A stretch of DNA of 64,000 nt from Podospora anserina (lineage: Eukaryota). Numbering within the stretch: position 1 is the stretch's first letter; the number at the start of each line of letters is the position of its first letter. The notes under the pieces are model-generated. The model did not search any database and had not been told where the DNA came from. It saw only the letters and a program-made list of their open reading frames with translations. The DNA lies in NCBI GenBank assembly GCA_017654855.1, contig CM030338.1:3906001-3970000 (forward strand), written 5' to 3'. The translations under genes were made by a program, and so were the position numbers. Shown piece after piece: positions 48,135 through 61,147 of this stretch.

Positions 48135-49328
48135 CGCAACGCAACGGATGATAGTTCCCAATCGGTTAACCCTCCTATGCTGGGCGTTGTGTTAGCAACG
48201 CATGATCGTTTGGTGGCTGATGTGTGAACCTCCCCCAGGTTTCGTGGTTCGGCAGTCTCCGCGGGAATACCAGACTGGCGGGATGCGGGAGAACAGGGGG
48301 AGGGGAGGGCAGAGAGGGAGGAGGGAGGAGCGGGATGGGTGCGGCAAGGAGCTGTGTGTCTATTTATTTGACGGCATCCAGTCAGGCGGTGTTGGGTGGA
48401 GAACACGGAGATCTGGTTCCAGGGCGCTTCTGGAGGTGTGAGTGGTGTGTGTGGGAATTCGGTAGGGTTTAATAAAAGCCTGGGAAGACGACGCTAGGGA
48501 AGCCTTAGCCAGAGGCACGGTAACACGACATGGGGTCCATGGCCGAAATTCTGGGGAGACGAGGGGGGAACTTTTCTGGGGTTACGCAGTAGTGCCGGGA
48601 AGCTGGCGCTGAGTGGTCAGTTGTCTCGTCTGTGGCGGAGGGGTCTTCTCTTTTTTGATGACCTAGATGGGGAGTGTATGGAGTATCAGGTCAGGTCAGG
48701 CCAGGCCAGGTAGGTAGCGGACATGGAGTGGAAGCCCGGCCGGATAGATGGTGAAGGTCTCGTCCTGGATTCCAGATGTCTGCCGAGAGTGACAGATTCA
48801 AGACAATGAGAGACAATCTCTCGGTGACAGGTTGGCTCTATGTAGTGTGTGCTGCGGAGAGGTGTTGTCTGTGACCAGTCACGGAGTTTTAATGGCGTAA
48901 TAAAAAAGAAGCTCTGGTGCACCGAATATAATTCAGGTCGGTCTGCTGAGTTCTGCTGTTCCCTGAAATCCCTGTCTGTTGGACCAGCCCCTCTTTTGCT
49001 GCACGGCCAGATCTTTTCCCCGGAATTCGGCCTAAACCGTCCATGGCTGGCGACTGGCGGGCCCATGATGCACCCTGTCGATATCACAGTCGGCCATTGG
49101 CTTTCCCTTCAGCTCATTTTTTCGAAGGTCACGCGTCACATCCAAACTTCTCCCAAAAATGCCGCCGGCACAAGCAGCCAGAGACGAGGGAATGCAACAG
49201 CGGTTGGGAGAGGCAGGCAAACCCCTCCTTTGCTGGCTGGCAGTTCGTTTTTCTCTCTTTCTTTCTTTTTCCACCCCTTTTCCCCTTACTCCGTAGTTTT
49301 CCTCAGACCTGAAACTCATCAAACACCT

Positions 49329-49357
49329 CATCATCATCATCATTATCATCATCATCA
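49329..49357. repeat. (CAT)n microsatellite
   Basis: About 9 near-perfect CAT units. Confidence 0.8.
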
Positions 49358-51825
49358 TTTCCCTCTGGAGATGACAAGGAGGAGGACACCAGAAGATATC
49401 CGTCGTGGCGTGTTGTTTTAGTGTACATACCTAAATTTATAGTCTTCTCTCCACTGCGGGCACCATGGTGCCAATCTGGGGTAGGAAGTGCAACTTGTGG
49501 ACAGTGACAGGCTCAGGGGTTGGACCAGGCCAAACAGCAGGGAAGCTCACGCGCAAGAAAAGAAGGACTGGGGAGGGGTTCGATGAGCGTTCCCTCTCGT
49601 TCTTGGCGCTCGAAAGGTTTCATCGTAATTTTGATGATTACCACCACGCAGTGAATTCCGCCCCATCTTGGAAAACCGAAGCTGCCCGATTGCACCCGCT
49701 GCCTGTTGTCATCCATCCTCATCAATGTTGAGCCTCACAGTTTGCTTGCCTCATTAGGTATGACCATCATGGCCGTGCTTTTCTCGTGCGAGTTTCGTTG
49801 AGGGTTCATCATCTCGCGCCACTTTCTACTGACCTTGCCTGCTTACTAGTGTCAGTAATCGTCAATGTTTCTTTCTCCAATATCATGCCATCGTCAAAGT
49901 CAACGAGTGCCAAGGGCTACTATTGTGTGTTAGTAAGGGTAGCAGGGCCCCGTATTCATGTACAATTTTCACGCCTTCCTGTATAGGAAGCTGGTTCGTT
50001 ACTGCGTATGTAAAGCTTCACAGGTAGAAGCCTCAGTCCCCTCGCGCCCGCTTTCTAGAACGACCCCGACCCCGTTGGACCTCAGTCTACAACGCAAATG
50101 GCGGCGTCGCCGTGTCCCTGCAGCCCCAGTTACAACCAGGTAAAAAAGCGGTTCTTCCACAACTCCAGTCACCAACTCCAACCAAAAGAACTCGACGACA
50201 AGGCAAGGTAGACCAGTCCGCCACACCTGAGACTGTAGCAACTTGACGTCGACCTGAATCCAGACCCCCTCACTTATTTCCACCACCGACCAAACCATGG
50301 CCTTTTCTGGTCCATTTCGTCCATACTGCAGCCCGCAACTTTGGTAGAGGGGGACGGCTCTCCCACAGGATTGGATCTGGCCAAACCCAGGGTGGCACAC
50401 CTGCTGTCCTGCGTATGTAGGCGCACATCCCCGCCGTTGGGAGATCATTTGGGGGGATTCTTTTCCTAGAAAGGAAAACCTTTCGAGAAGGAAATGGGAC
50501 GGTTCTTGGATGGGGGTCAAGAAGAGGCTTTGAAGGACCTTGACTTGACACAGGTTGGTTTGGAACCGAGCTCCGGTGTGGCGCTTTCTGGAGTGCGTTC
50601 AACGCCAGGAGATGGACACATCCCATCTTATTTCCTCCCGACCCAGCGATTCGACACTTGCTTTGGCCATGGCTGTCTTGGTGCTCCTCGTGTGGTTCGA
50701 TGAGGGTCAGAATTCGAGGTTTCTGGTCAGGGAGGTCGCTCAAAGCGAGTTGGCGCTGCGGAGTCGTTGATCAATAGAAGGTATTGGAGGCGGGATCCAA
50801 GTGGGATATAATGGCCGTTGCAGTTTGTATCATTCGACAAGACGCGCGCAAAATTGAATTGAGGGTCAAATATCAGATGTTTTGACCCCCAAAGGTCGTC
50901 TGGAAGTGGAAGAGTTGGAACCGTGGGGGGTCACTCCACACTTCACCCCCACCCATCACTTGAAAGGTTCCCCAGATTGTGGGCACTAAGCCTAAAGTAG
51001 ACAACCCCTCATTGCACTTATTTGTGGGGGAACAAGCGAGTTCCCCAACCAAACTAGACTTGTCATCACAACGCATCACCATCACACACCACCTTTTGCG
51101 CCATCGCCGTCGTCAGCATCTTCTCTCTTTTTTGTCCAAATGGGGATCTTCTATGTATGGTCCGGAAGGCTCCGAAGAGGAGGATGCATCGATCGGGTCT
51201 CAAGTCCGAACCGGATGCGATCTGTCACCTCGGTGGTCACCCCGGTCGTACCTGGTAGTTGCCCAGATGACGGACGTCGAATTGCTGAATCTCGGATTCA
51301 ACCCGAGCGCTGACGTTTGAATGAAGCTGTCTCACGGCGGACTTTGTGCCAGGCTCAAGTTCATCGCATTCATCATGGTTCTGATGATGGTGCAACAGGA
51401 CCACAAAGCACCGGAGGGAACACCAAGATCATCACGTGGAAGGGTATGCCTCGGCTGGGTTTCCAGTTCTAGGAACCCCAAAGCCGAAGTGGATCGCCCC
51501 GCCCTGGGGGACGACATTCCCGTTGAGCTGAGCGCCTCACTCAACGGACGGCTCTGGCAGGAAGGCTCTCGGCTGGGTTTGGGATAACTGAATCCGGGCC
51601 TATGCCATGCTTGAAATTGTGATCATGCATCCCGTTTGTTGAGAGGATTAACAGCTTGCACTTTTCAATACCAGAACGACGACATACATACAGACACTGC
51701 CGATCTGCAAACACAGGGTTTTGTGATACTGTGGCTGAACAATTCTCTTAACTTGACCGTCTTCACACTTGCGTTATCTTATACACCATTTATACACCAT
51801 TTAGCTGTAATCAATGAGTGTAAGC

Positions 51826-53026
51826 ATGACTCCCACGGTTGGCGGCGACGAGGACAAGCGGCTGTCTTTTCAGGAACAATTGGAGCTCGTCAAGTTGCCT
51901 CGTGAAGGCCAAGCCCACCGATACATCTCGACTCGATCAGCATATCTCCCAGGTTCAGACTTTGCAAAGGGAAAAGAGCTGCCCAGTTTCCACACTGCGG
52001 CGTTTGGTGGCCATGTGTACGCTCAGGCAGGCCTGGCCGCCTATAGAGCGTGGAGAGAAACCGAAGAGGAGAAGGGGGTTCCAGAACATGCGAGGTTGGA
52101 TATCCACGTATGCTCTCCCCAAATACTATGTTCTAGGGACTCACTAACATGAGGTAAAGACAATAAACGGTTACTTTACCCGCATCGGCCTTGCCAGCAG
52201 ACCCTTCATTTACACGGCCTCTCCCGTTACCGCGTCCCGCACCTTCAGCACCGTTTCCGTGACTGCCACTCAGCCATCTGTTCCCAGCAACTCACCCTCT
52301 GAAGATCACTACCCTGCCGAAGACGCCTCGCTGCCGCAGTACCCGCCAGCCTTTACCGCGTTGCTGTCATTCAAGCTCCCAGAGCCAGACTGGGATGGCA
52401 CAGTCTCTGAGCAGGAGGCGCCGCCCCAGGAGCGCTTCGCTTCCATCTTGTCATCCCGCAAGCCAGAAGAGTGGCCGCCCGCCCCGCCGGTGGACATCAC
52501 CGGCGTGGTGGAGATTGTCGGAGACGACCAGGTCGGGACGTTCCCGATTGCGGAGATGAAGAAAGTGGATATGAAGGAGTATAACGAGGGGAAGCCGGTT
52601 CATGAGAGACGGGAGCTGCTTTTGTACCGGTTGTTGAAGCCGCTACCGGACGATAAGGATGCGAAGAGCGGGTATGATGCCAATGCTCATGTGTTGGTGC
52701 ACGCTTTTGTGGCGGATAGGAATGGGCTGCTGATGGCTGGGAATCACATCGGGCTGGGATATAGTCTGGGAAGGGCTGCTAGTCTGAGTTATCATTTTGT
52801 GATGCACGTGGAGGCCAAGGCTGCGGTGATGAGGGAGGAGGACGGGTGGTGGATTCAAGAGGTTTGGTTTCCGAGGGCGGGGAGGGGAAGAGGGATCGTT
52901 GAAAGTAAGATTTGGAGCCCGAGTGGTGTGCACGTTGCGACGGAGTATCAGGACGGACTGATCCAGGGGTTTGGCGGAAAGCTGTTGAAGGAGAAGGAGG
53001 TTTCTGGGCAGGAGGCAAAGCTGTGA
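51826..53026 (+). CDS. Acyl-CoA thioesterase II (TesB/Tes1, double hotdog), peroxisomal
   Basis: AFGGHVYAQAGLAA, DIH|TINGYF, SRTFST, AASLSY and GVHVATEYQDG; C-terminal PTS1 AKL; intron 52108..52159. Confidence 0.92.
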
Positions 53027-53334
53027 TACTAAGAAATCATGACGTAGAATTCCTTAGATGGTTTAAATCTTGAATGGTTATTCATAGGTTTGTTTTGCCC
53101 TGCTTTGAACAGGGTTAGGGTGATAACGGTTCGAAGCTACAACCCTGGAGCTTCTCTTCCTGTGCTTGATGGCGCAACAAGCTTCCTAACTACAAACAAA
53201 GAGTGAATCGAAGTCAACCTGGGATGTTAGAGCTGCCCAACCCATTGATGAATTAGAAATCTGCACACTGATCTCAAATTTCGCGGTCCTCGTCGTCGTC
53301 GTCGTCGTCGGTTATGTCATGGCTCGTCAACGTC

Positions 53335-53417
53335 ATTGGCACGTGACGCTTCACCTGACTGCGCTAACCCAAATCCAGCCAACAAGCTCTGGCTTTTGCA
53401 GTTGCAACTGCTCCAAT
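53335..53417. promoter_or_regulatory. Putative COX4 promoter elements (CCAAT boxes, CACGTG)
   Basis: ATTGG 53335..53339, CACGTG 53340..53345 and CCAAT 53413..53417. HAP/CCAAT complexes are known regulators of respiratory genes. Confidence 0.35.
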
Positions 53418-53572
53418 CCTTGGCTTGGCTGGAGCCGCGGAAGCCAGCTGTGGCTAGCTCAGCAAATCAGACCATCTCCAAACACAACTCCTCTCTTCAA
53501 TTGAGCCACACCCAAGAACCACACAACCTTCACCCTCAACCACACATCACCAACCCCCCGAAAACCGACACC

Positions 53573-54694
53573 ATGCTCCTGCAGCGCTCCGCCCTCGCGA
53601 TCGCCCGCCGGGTTGCCGTCGCCCCGGCTGTCCGCCGTTCCCTGGCCACCTCCGCCGTGCGCCGTAAGTTTTTTGTTCAGTCCCTCTCTCTACCGATCCG
53701 AAATACCGAAAAAAACCGGGCCGAGCTTTTGGTGGAAATCTCGCGCATTGAATGGGAGGATAAGCTGCTAAAGACGCCACCATGCTGTTATACTGGATTC
53801 AACGACATCTGCGAGACCGACGACGACTACACACAGGCACGAATAATGGAATAATGGATGGGGGCTGATTCGGGATTTTTACTGCAGGTGACGCCGTTCC
53901 TGATACCAAGATCAAGGGCATCAAGGGTAGGTCAACCCCTCTCCCCATAACACATGACGGCCAAAAAGAGGAGGAGGAGGGACACACTTTGCGTCATTGG
54001 GGATCATAGGAAACCCCTGACGTCAGGAATTATTGAATTCTTGAGGCAACCCAGTTGAACTTTGAACTCGCAAAGAGAGCTTCACATGGGCATGGGTGGA
54101 GGGGGAAAAGGAGCCATGACATCTCTGGGTGGTAGCGGGGAAAATGGAATAAATGGCTGGAGGAAAACAGCAAGGCTGACACAGAATCGCGACACACACA
54201 GAGGTCAAGACCGTTGACGACCTTTTCGGCCCCGGTGCCCCCGCCGGCACCGTCCCTACCGATGTCGAGCAGTCGACTGGTCTCGAGCGTCTCGAAATTC
54301 TCGGCAAGATGGAGAGCGTTGACGTCTTCGACATGCGCCCTCTTGATGCCTCGCGCCTCGGCACACTCTCCAACCCCGTTCTCGTCCGCTCCGCCGGCGA
54401 GGAGCAGTTCGCCGGTTGCACTGGTGTCCCCGCTGACTCCCACAACGTCATCTGGCTCGGTGTAGGTCCCCCCCTTTCAGCTGCAGTCAGGGGGTTAGAA
54501 AGAGCAACAAGACTGATATGGATATCACACAGATGACCCGTGAGCGCCCCGTTGAGCGGTGCCCCGAGTGCGGCAGCGTCTACAAGATGGAGTACGTCGG
54601 TCCCCAGGAGGATCACCACCACGATCACGGTCACGGCCACGGCTGGAAGGAGCCCAAGACCATGGCCGACTACGTCAAGCCCGAGTACTGGTAA
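53573..54694 (+). CDS. COX4: Cytochrome c oxidase subunit IV (yeast Cox4 / COX5B, Zn-binding)
   Basis: Arg/Ala-rich presequence; GTVPTDVEQSTGLERLE, GCTGVPADSH, RCPECGSVYKM. Exons about 53573-53663, 53888-53926, 54203-54460 and 54533-54694. Confidence 0.97.
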
Positions 54695-55240
54695 TCGATG
54701 ACGTCGATAGACACGCCGTGGAACGAAGGCCCGTTTGGCCCGGGGGAGCTATTGTTGATAGATAAGAATAGAGGAGGGAGCCTCGGACTTTCCAGGATCA
54801 CACATGACGAAATGCATAATACACATATGCCCAAGGCGAATCAGGAGTGACTGGGAGGTTCAGGAGGGCGTGTAGTATATCCGTCACAGGCAGACGGGTT
54901 GTATAGATTCCTTTCTATGTCTGCAACATTGGGTCTGCCTTGTGATGATGCTGCTCCTGCGATGGCCAGTCGGCCCAAGCGTGTGGTGCAAAATGGTGGC
55001 AAGTTATACGGTCCAGGCAAACCGCGCCGATGCTGGGTTGGAGGTTCCTATCCTGGAGACCCCGATGCGCCGGTGAGCAGTGTTCTCCCGTGCTCTTCCA
55101 GAACTGTCGATTCCCTTAGGTCCTCCGGTGCCTTTTAGACGTGCATGCTACACAGTATGCGGTACGATACATCCGCGCTGCCAGACCTAACCCTCGGTCA
55201 GAGAGGGCTATGTGATCTTTCTCTACAATTCTGGCCTGCT

Positions 55241-55783
55241 TCAGCCCTCATCGTCACCGAAACTAAGTTTAATCTTCTTTGCCTTCCTCTTGGGCTTGGT
55301 TTTTGGCGCCGATGCTGTACCCTCCTTGTCCTCGGCTTTGGTGTTGGCTGTGGGAGCAGCGTCCTTCTTCTGATCCTCCTCGTCGGCATCCGCGCCAACG
55401 ACCTTTCCTACTCTTCTCTTCTTCCCAGCAGCGCCAATGCTAGCCGCCTTTGCTTGTGCCTGGTTCTCCGCAGCTGGTTTGCTATCGTCATGGCCACCCT
55501 TCTCTTCTTCTGCCGGCGCGGACGCAGTCGCCTTTACGCTGCCGTCTACCCCAACAGTGACATCCTGCACTGTGTTGCCGTGCTCATCCACTATCGTAGG
55601 GGCGTCTTCTGCCTCGGCGCTGCCGGACCGTTTCTTGGTTGGTCGCCTTCGGGCCGCGAGGATGGGGTCTGGACCACCACCATCAAACTCGGAGGAGGAA
55701 GTTGCCTCGCCTCGGAGACGGGCGAGGAACGGGGGGAGGGTGGTGTTGTACTGCAGGTTTTTGGCCGTGATTTTCGGGGGCAT
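55241..55783 (-). CDS. DUF4604-like protein
   Basis: MPPKITAKNLQYNTTLPPFLARLRG, EDAPTIVDEHG and C-terminal KKIKLSFGDDEG. Confidence 0.85.
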   Translation of the reverse strand: MPPKITAKNLQYNTTLPPFLARLRGEATSSSEFDGGGPDPILAARRRPTKKRSGSAEAEDAPTIVDEHGNTVQDVTVGVDGSVKATASAPAEEEKGGHDDSKPAAENQAQAKAASIGAAGKKRRVGKVVGADADEEDQKKDAAPTANTKAEDKEGTASAPKTKPKRKAKKIKLSFGDDEG

Positions 55784-57983
55784 CCTTTTTTTCTGTCTTT
55801 CCGGGGCAGAGGGAGGTGCAGTTCCGGCTGGATGGAGGGGAGGTTGGGAAGTATGACGGCAGAGGAGGAGGTGTTGGTAGGCGCACGGAAGGAAATATTG
55901 GGCAAGTCGTGGCCGCGGACTTGTAACGGCGCACGCTTCTAGGGTTGAGGTTGCGCAGACGGTCGGTGAGATGGTGTGGTGGTTGCGCTGCAGACGCAGA
56001 GTACCTGGGGAGCCTTGTGCTGCTGTTACTTGCTGCTGCCTGGGAGATAGAACAGACAGGATGGTGTTGCGACAATCGGCAAGGGAGCGCTGCAACGGTT
56101 GGAGAGCGACTGTGATCGGCAGTTGAAGCTAAAGGTGAAAGGCCGTGGGAGACGGGCGCGGTCGCCATCGAACTTCAACGGCGCGCCCTCGCTGCTCTCC
56201 ATTTGGTTTGGGCGCTAGGTCATGGTGGGGCAATGACTTACTGACATTCTGCCCCACCACGGCCCTGAACGACACCTCCATCATCTAGACTTCCATCTTC
56301 CATCTCCCGTCTTCCACCTTCTAGAGGGAAGATATGGCATATGCAATGTCACTGATACCGCCTTCTCATCTGATTGAACCAACGACCGGTACCTATCTGC
56401 GCGAAATAGTACCTCGTGGACACCTCAAGTTGCCCGGCAAACATATCTCGCCTTGCTGTTGTCACCAACAGCCTCTCGGGCATCACAACCTCATGGTGCA
56501 CCAATTCACCCACCACACATTCCGGAACGGCTTCCGACTCGACTCAATGCACGCTGACCTGTCCAGATGTCTCGAATTTTCAGGTTGACCGTCGGAGCCC
56601 AGCCTGGTGGTCGGCGGCTCTTGAGAACTGTCCAGTGGCTGTATCTCATTTCCTTCTCGCTCAACATACCTATGAAGCCCGATGCGTGGGTATCTGTCTA
56701 GCCCGGCTGATGAGTTGTCCCGGGCACCCGGGGTCCCTTTTGTACTGCTGATCACATCCACTACTAGTCCAGATTCACGAGAGGCTGCATCAGCCTGGTC
56801 GCTGTCCACCATAATGACTCCCGTCAACCTTGCTCTCTGCCTGTACAAGAAGGAACCTTTGTGCTTACGCATGCCCAATCTATCAGCTTTCTTTTGGGAA
56901 GTCCGAGGAGAGAGACAACAGGCTGAGCTGTCAGAGTGCGTCATCCCGATTGTATCCAGGAAGATGGCGGCCCGCATCCGAAATGTTCTGTTGTTTGCCG
57001 TAGGGTGGCCAGGGACGCTACAGCCAACCGGACTCGATCCCCTCTGGCTGTGTCCCGCAGGAGCCCCTCCTCTATTACCACGATTCTACCGCCCCGGGCA
57101 CCCCAGGTTACCGGGACACACAGCAGGGATGCTTGTACCGGCTCTCTGGTCGAGGGAACATGGCTTCGAGATAGCGCTGATCTCGCCTTGGACCTCTCGA
57201 TCCGTCCCAAAGCTGGGAGTCCTTGGCATACGAGATATGACATGTCGGATAAGGGAACAGCCTATTGTTCTCTATACCTAACGTAACGTCTGTTCCCGTC
57301 GTTACAAGATGGCGGAACCACGCCGTGGCGCTCACCGGGACTGTCTCACCCCCCTTTACGAGGCCGGGGAAGTTGCCATTCCCCTCCCCGCATTCGTGTA
57401 ACACGCCAGACATGTCTTGTTCAACCCTCAATCTGGGGTCGAATCTCTAATCGTGGCGGTGAAGCGTTCGTCGGGTCCGGATCTTGATGTCTACTTCCCC
57501 GGCGTCCGCCCCATGGCCTTGGTTACACATCAAAGGGACCAAAGCCATCCGTCACTTGCACCAAATACATACCCTGTGACTTTCGGCTCCTACTCCTTTT
57601 GCTGTCGTTGTCTGCGGCCATGCCTGAACGGGGCATTTCAGTATTCCATCTCACGCACATCTTCTCGATCCCGTCTTCCCCGATTGGCTTGCTGCGGTGG
57701 ACTTCGCACGAGACTCAGCCCATGATATATCACGTTTTTCGGGCTTTGCCTGGAAGTCTCCCTCCAGCTGGTGTGAGCTCTCGCGGCTTTCCGGACAGCA
57801 ACATTGGACGGGACACTGATTTGCGCGAGTTGGCATCCGGTTAGCAGACCCGTCGATGGCCGTTATATAAACGTCTTCACGCTCCCACGTCGCCATGGCA
57901 TCTCACCATCTACCTCGCCATGCCTTTCTTGTTCGAATACCTTTTGCTGCCACATCATTGATACTGCCAGTCACTTAGGCAAG

Positions 57984-59237
57984 ATGCCTCCCTCTGGTCA
58001 TCCGATTGATTGGGAGGCCCATCGGAAGATCTTCGAGGACCTGTATATGGTTCAGGACATGTCGCTCCCCGAGGTCATAAATATCATGAGGGAAGATTAT
58101 GGTGTGGAAGCCACGTAACTATGCCCCTTCTCTCGCTACATATCAGACTTGTAGCCACCAGATTGTTCGAATTCTGATACAGCTTAGCAAGAAAATGTAC
58201 AAAAAGCGAATCAAGGCCTGGGGATTGTTCAAAAACATCAACGGAGACGAGATGTTGACGATGCTACGGATCAAGGAACATCGGCGCAGACAGGGCAAAA
58301 GAATACAGTTCTATTTGCGCGGCAAGCCGGTCTTGGACTCAAAGCTTCGACGTTTTGCAACTCGTCATGGTGTGGTATTGGATGATGAAGACTTTGGTGG
58401 TGATGTGCAAGGTACAGCGCGCTCCTCTCTCACACCATTGCTTTCACATCGTCTGACCAGAGCACAATTAGCTGCTCTCAGAGGCATTACCTTTTCGACC
58501 CCGGAGCCTGAAGATCGTACTGAAATCACCACCCCAACACATGGCAACGCTCCACATCTGAGCCCAGTGATAAGCGATGCGGACGTGACATCTCTCGACT
58601 GCTTCGTGGGCTCACCAAACACAGACCCGCTCCAAGTGCCACGTCGTGAATATCCAGATATATCATGGGATGTGCCCGTATCTTCATCCCAGTCTCTTGC
58701 GGGTACGGCGTCTCCGACACATCAAGTTTACGCTTGTGAGTATTTCACAATGAAGCTTTGACGGGCTTAAGAGGCTGTTACTGACATTCGCTTTTAGGGC
58801 TGGAGGACGCGGATCATTCTCGGCTTGATGGTGATTATCACTTCCCGCCACTTTCCATGGGCCTGGAATCAGGACACGATGTCGTCCAGGCTTCAACCGC
58901 CCAGTCATTTCCATATGGTCAACAGTTGGAATTTTATCAGCCCGCCGAAAGACCTTCCAACGACAGCCTAGAAGATCCAGCCCTGCCGTTCGGTCAGGCT
59001 CCAGAGTTCTTGTGGAACCCCGCTTCGTTTCACAATACACTCATAAACAGCGAAGTCACTTTCACAGGACCCTCTCCTACCGAAGGAATAAACACAAACT
59101 TCGTAGCACGGGATGAGACAGCGGCTCTTCACTATGGCTTCTCCGAGGACCACAACAATACACCGGTGTCCTACGACGAGCATGATTCCATCAACTATGG
59201 TGGATGGTACGATGACAACTTTACCTGGCCCAGTTGA
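57984..59237 (+). CDS. Clr5-domain protein
   Basis: DWEAHRKIFEDLYMVQDMSLPEVINIMREDYGVEAT|KKMYKKRIKAWGLFKNI...FYLRGKPV. Introns 58115..58187, 58412..58471 and about 58736..58797 link in frame to ORF 58857..59237. Confidence 0.88.
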
Positions 59238-59831
59238 AGCAAGACAGGGCCACACCCAAGGCCCGGCTTTCCACTTTTCGTCTCACCAGTGGCTGATTGG
59301 TCTTCCTTCTGACCCGTTCTGCTTTTCTTTTGCAATTTCCTGCTTTGGTCTGGAGGACTATTTGGCTTTCTATACCCGTGTACGAATTCACAGCAACACG
59401 CTTTACCATTTACCTATACCTTTCATTGTTTTCTTGAAGCTTTCGTTTCTGGTATCTCTCACGGCACACGTTTACGGAAGGTGTCAAGGGGAAGACGCCA
59501 TTCAGATATCGCTTGGCGGTTGTTATATCAGTCTCCAAACTTGTTTCACTGGTCTCTGTTCCACCCCCCTTTTTGCCTCCTTTCCTTGGCTGAGGACGAT
59601 TTTTTTTGCTGGGGTTAGGAGACTAGGTACGTAGTGATATCTCAACAGGGGCATTGTCTGCAAGATACACTGCTTTGTTCCTGTGCCGGATCTGGTCCCC
59701 TTTACTCGAGGGGGACAATACATTGTCAGAATCCTTTGTCCTGGTACTTGACTAACTATGAATCAAAGGGCTCGGTTGCTTGTTCTGTTAACTTGGACAT
59801 TGTTTTTCCAGATATACGAACAGGAAGTGAC

Positions 59832-60347
59832 ATGTCAGATGGGCCTTTTATTTGCCCTCTTGAAGATGCCACGGATTGGGGCCTCGACCCGGTAAGGAGC
59901 GCCCAGGCCTATGTCAGGGCCACCATTCACTACCCTGATTTCCAGCGGGGCATGCAGGCCATGCCTTTCTGGCAGTCAACGGATCGGGATAACTGGTCTA
60001 CCAACTTGCGGGAGAAGCTCATGAAATTCGCCAGCGAGCGCGGGTGGAACCACCCTAATTTCCGGTCTGTGAACGAGGAGGACATTTTCCAAGAATGGCG
60101 TGAGCGCCAAAACGGGAGGAACAGGGACGACGAGGTCCAGGTTAACTTCTCAACGGGTCCTGATGCAATTTTCGAGACCATGGATGATGAGTACATGGAC
60201 TTGGCCAGAGTGGCTATGTCTCGTTACTTTAGGAATGAAGTGCCTCGTGTTGAACGTGAGGACACTGACTCTGGCTCCGATGCTTTAGACTCCGATTCTT
60301 CTGGCTCTTCCGGCTTCGAGTTCTCAGACTCTGACTGGTGGTCGTAG
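59832..60347 (+). CDS. Small acidic hypothetical protein (171 aa)
   Basis: ATG 59832, intronless, coding-like codon usage, S/D-rich tail. Confidence 0.6.
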   Translation: MSDGPFICPLEDATDWGLDPVRSAQAYVRATIHYPDFQRGMQAMPFWQSTDRDNWSTNLREKLMKFASERGWNHPNFRSVNEEDIFQEWRERQNGRNRDDEVQVNFSTGPDAIFETMDDEYMDLARVAMSRYFRNEVPRVEREDTDSGSDALDSDSSGSSGFEFSDSDWWS

Positions 60348-61147
60348 TACCTGAGGTAAGTGAGTTACAGTCCCGTTTTCCTTTGCACTATAGATAATAT
60401 CTGGGTAGGAGGGAGGTACCTATCGACTTCACCTCACCATCTGGGAATCTTGCTGATGGATAATTGATACTGTACTAAACCTTTTCTTCCAATTCTGAAT
60501 ACCCTCATATTGATCAAGTCTTGTGACCATGTGATGCATCACCCATGTACTTAGACCGCTCTTCTTGCTCGTGACACCTTTTGCGGTGATGTGCGAACTC
60601 ACAAGCACAACTCATTCTCCTTCCCCATATTGCCGATTTTGACCCTTAAATCGCCTCTGCCTCTTAGTAGGTAGGTAGCCCTTTGTTTAAGGTTCAAGAA
60701 CGCTCGACTGCGGTCTTCAGTTCGTTGCCTGTCTGTTCACCATATTATCTCTATTGTTGTCAATAAGTTATTAACTTTGTGATCAGAGCAAAACGCCAAG
60801 TTGACATGGTGAAACAACAACTTACAATGCTATTATTACCTGGAACTTGCCTGCCGCATACGGTACCAGACTTCAACCCGTAGCATGGCAGGTCCCCGGA
60901 TAAGACCCTGAAACCGGGTATTGGGAGCCGACAGCATCTTTATTTAGATGCCGGGACGGACACCACCTGGTGGCGCTTGGCGTGACCACTCCAAGGATGC
61001 GGGGAATTCCCGTCCAGGGACTTTGTATAAATAAATAAATGCTGCTGACACCACACGGTGCATGCCGAGCCCATATTGTCAATCCCTCTGTGTCAAACTC
61101 ATATTTCACGTACCCGCCGGCAACACCGTCTGTGATAGCACCATCCA

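Noticed and set aside
48500..51700. Short ORFs in a 3-kb divergent intergenic region
   Set aside because: No motifs, codon bias or consistent splice model.
54871..54879. PUF-type element TGTAGTATA after COX4
   Set aside because: Too short to support without 3' end mapping or conservation.
55784..56095. N-terminal extension of the DUF4604 ORF
   Set aside because: Non-ATG start; family-like sequence begins at ATG 55783.
56300..57900. 199-aa and shorter ORFs upstream of the Clr5 gene
   Set aside because: Non-ATG starts and no recognisable homology.
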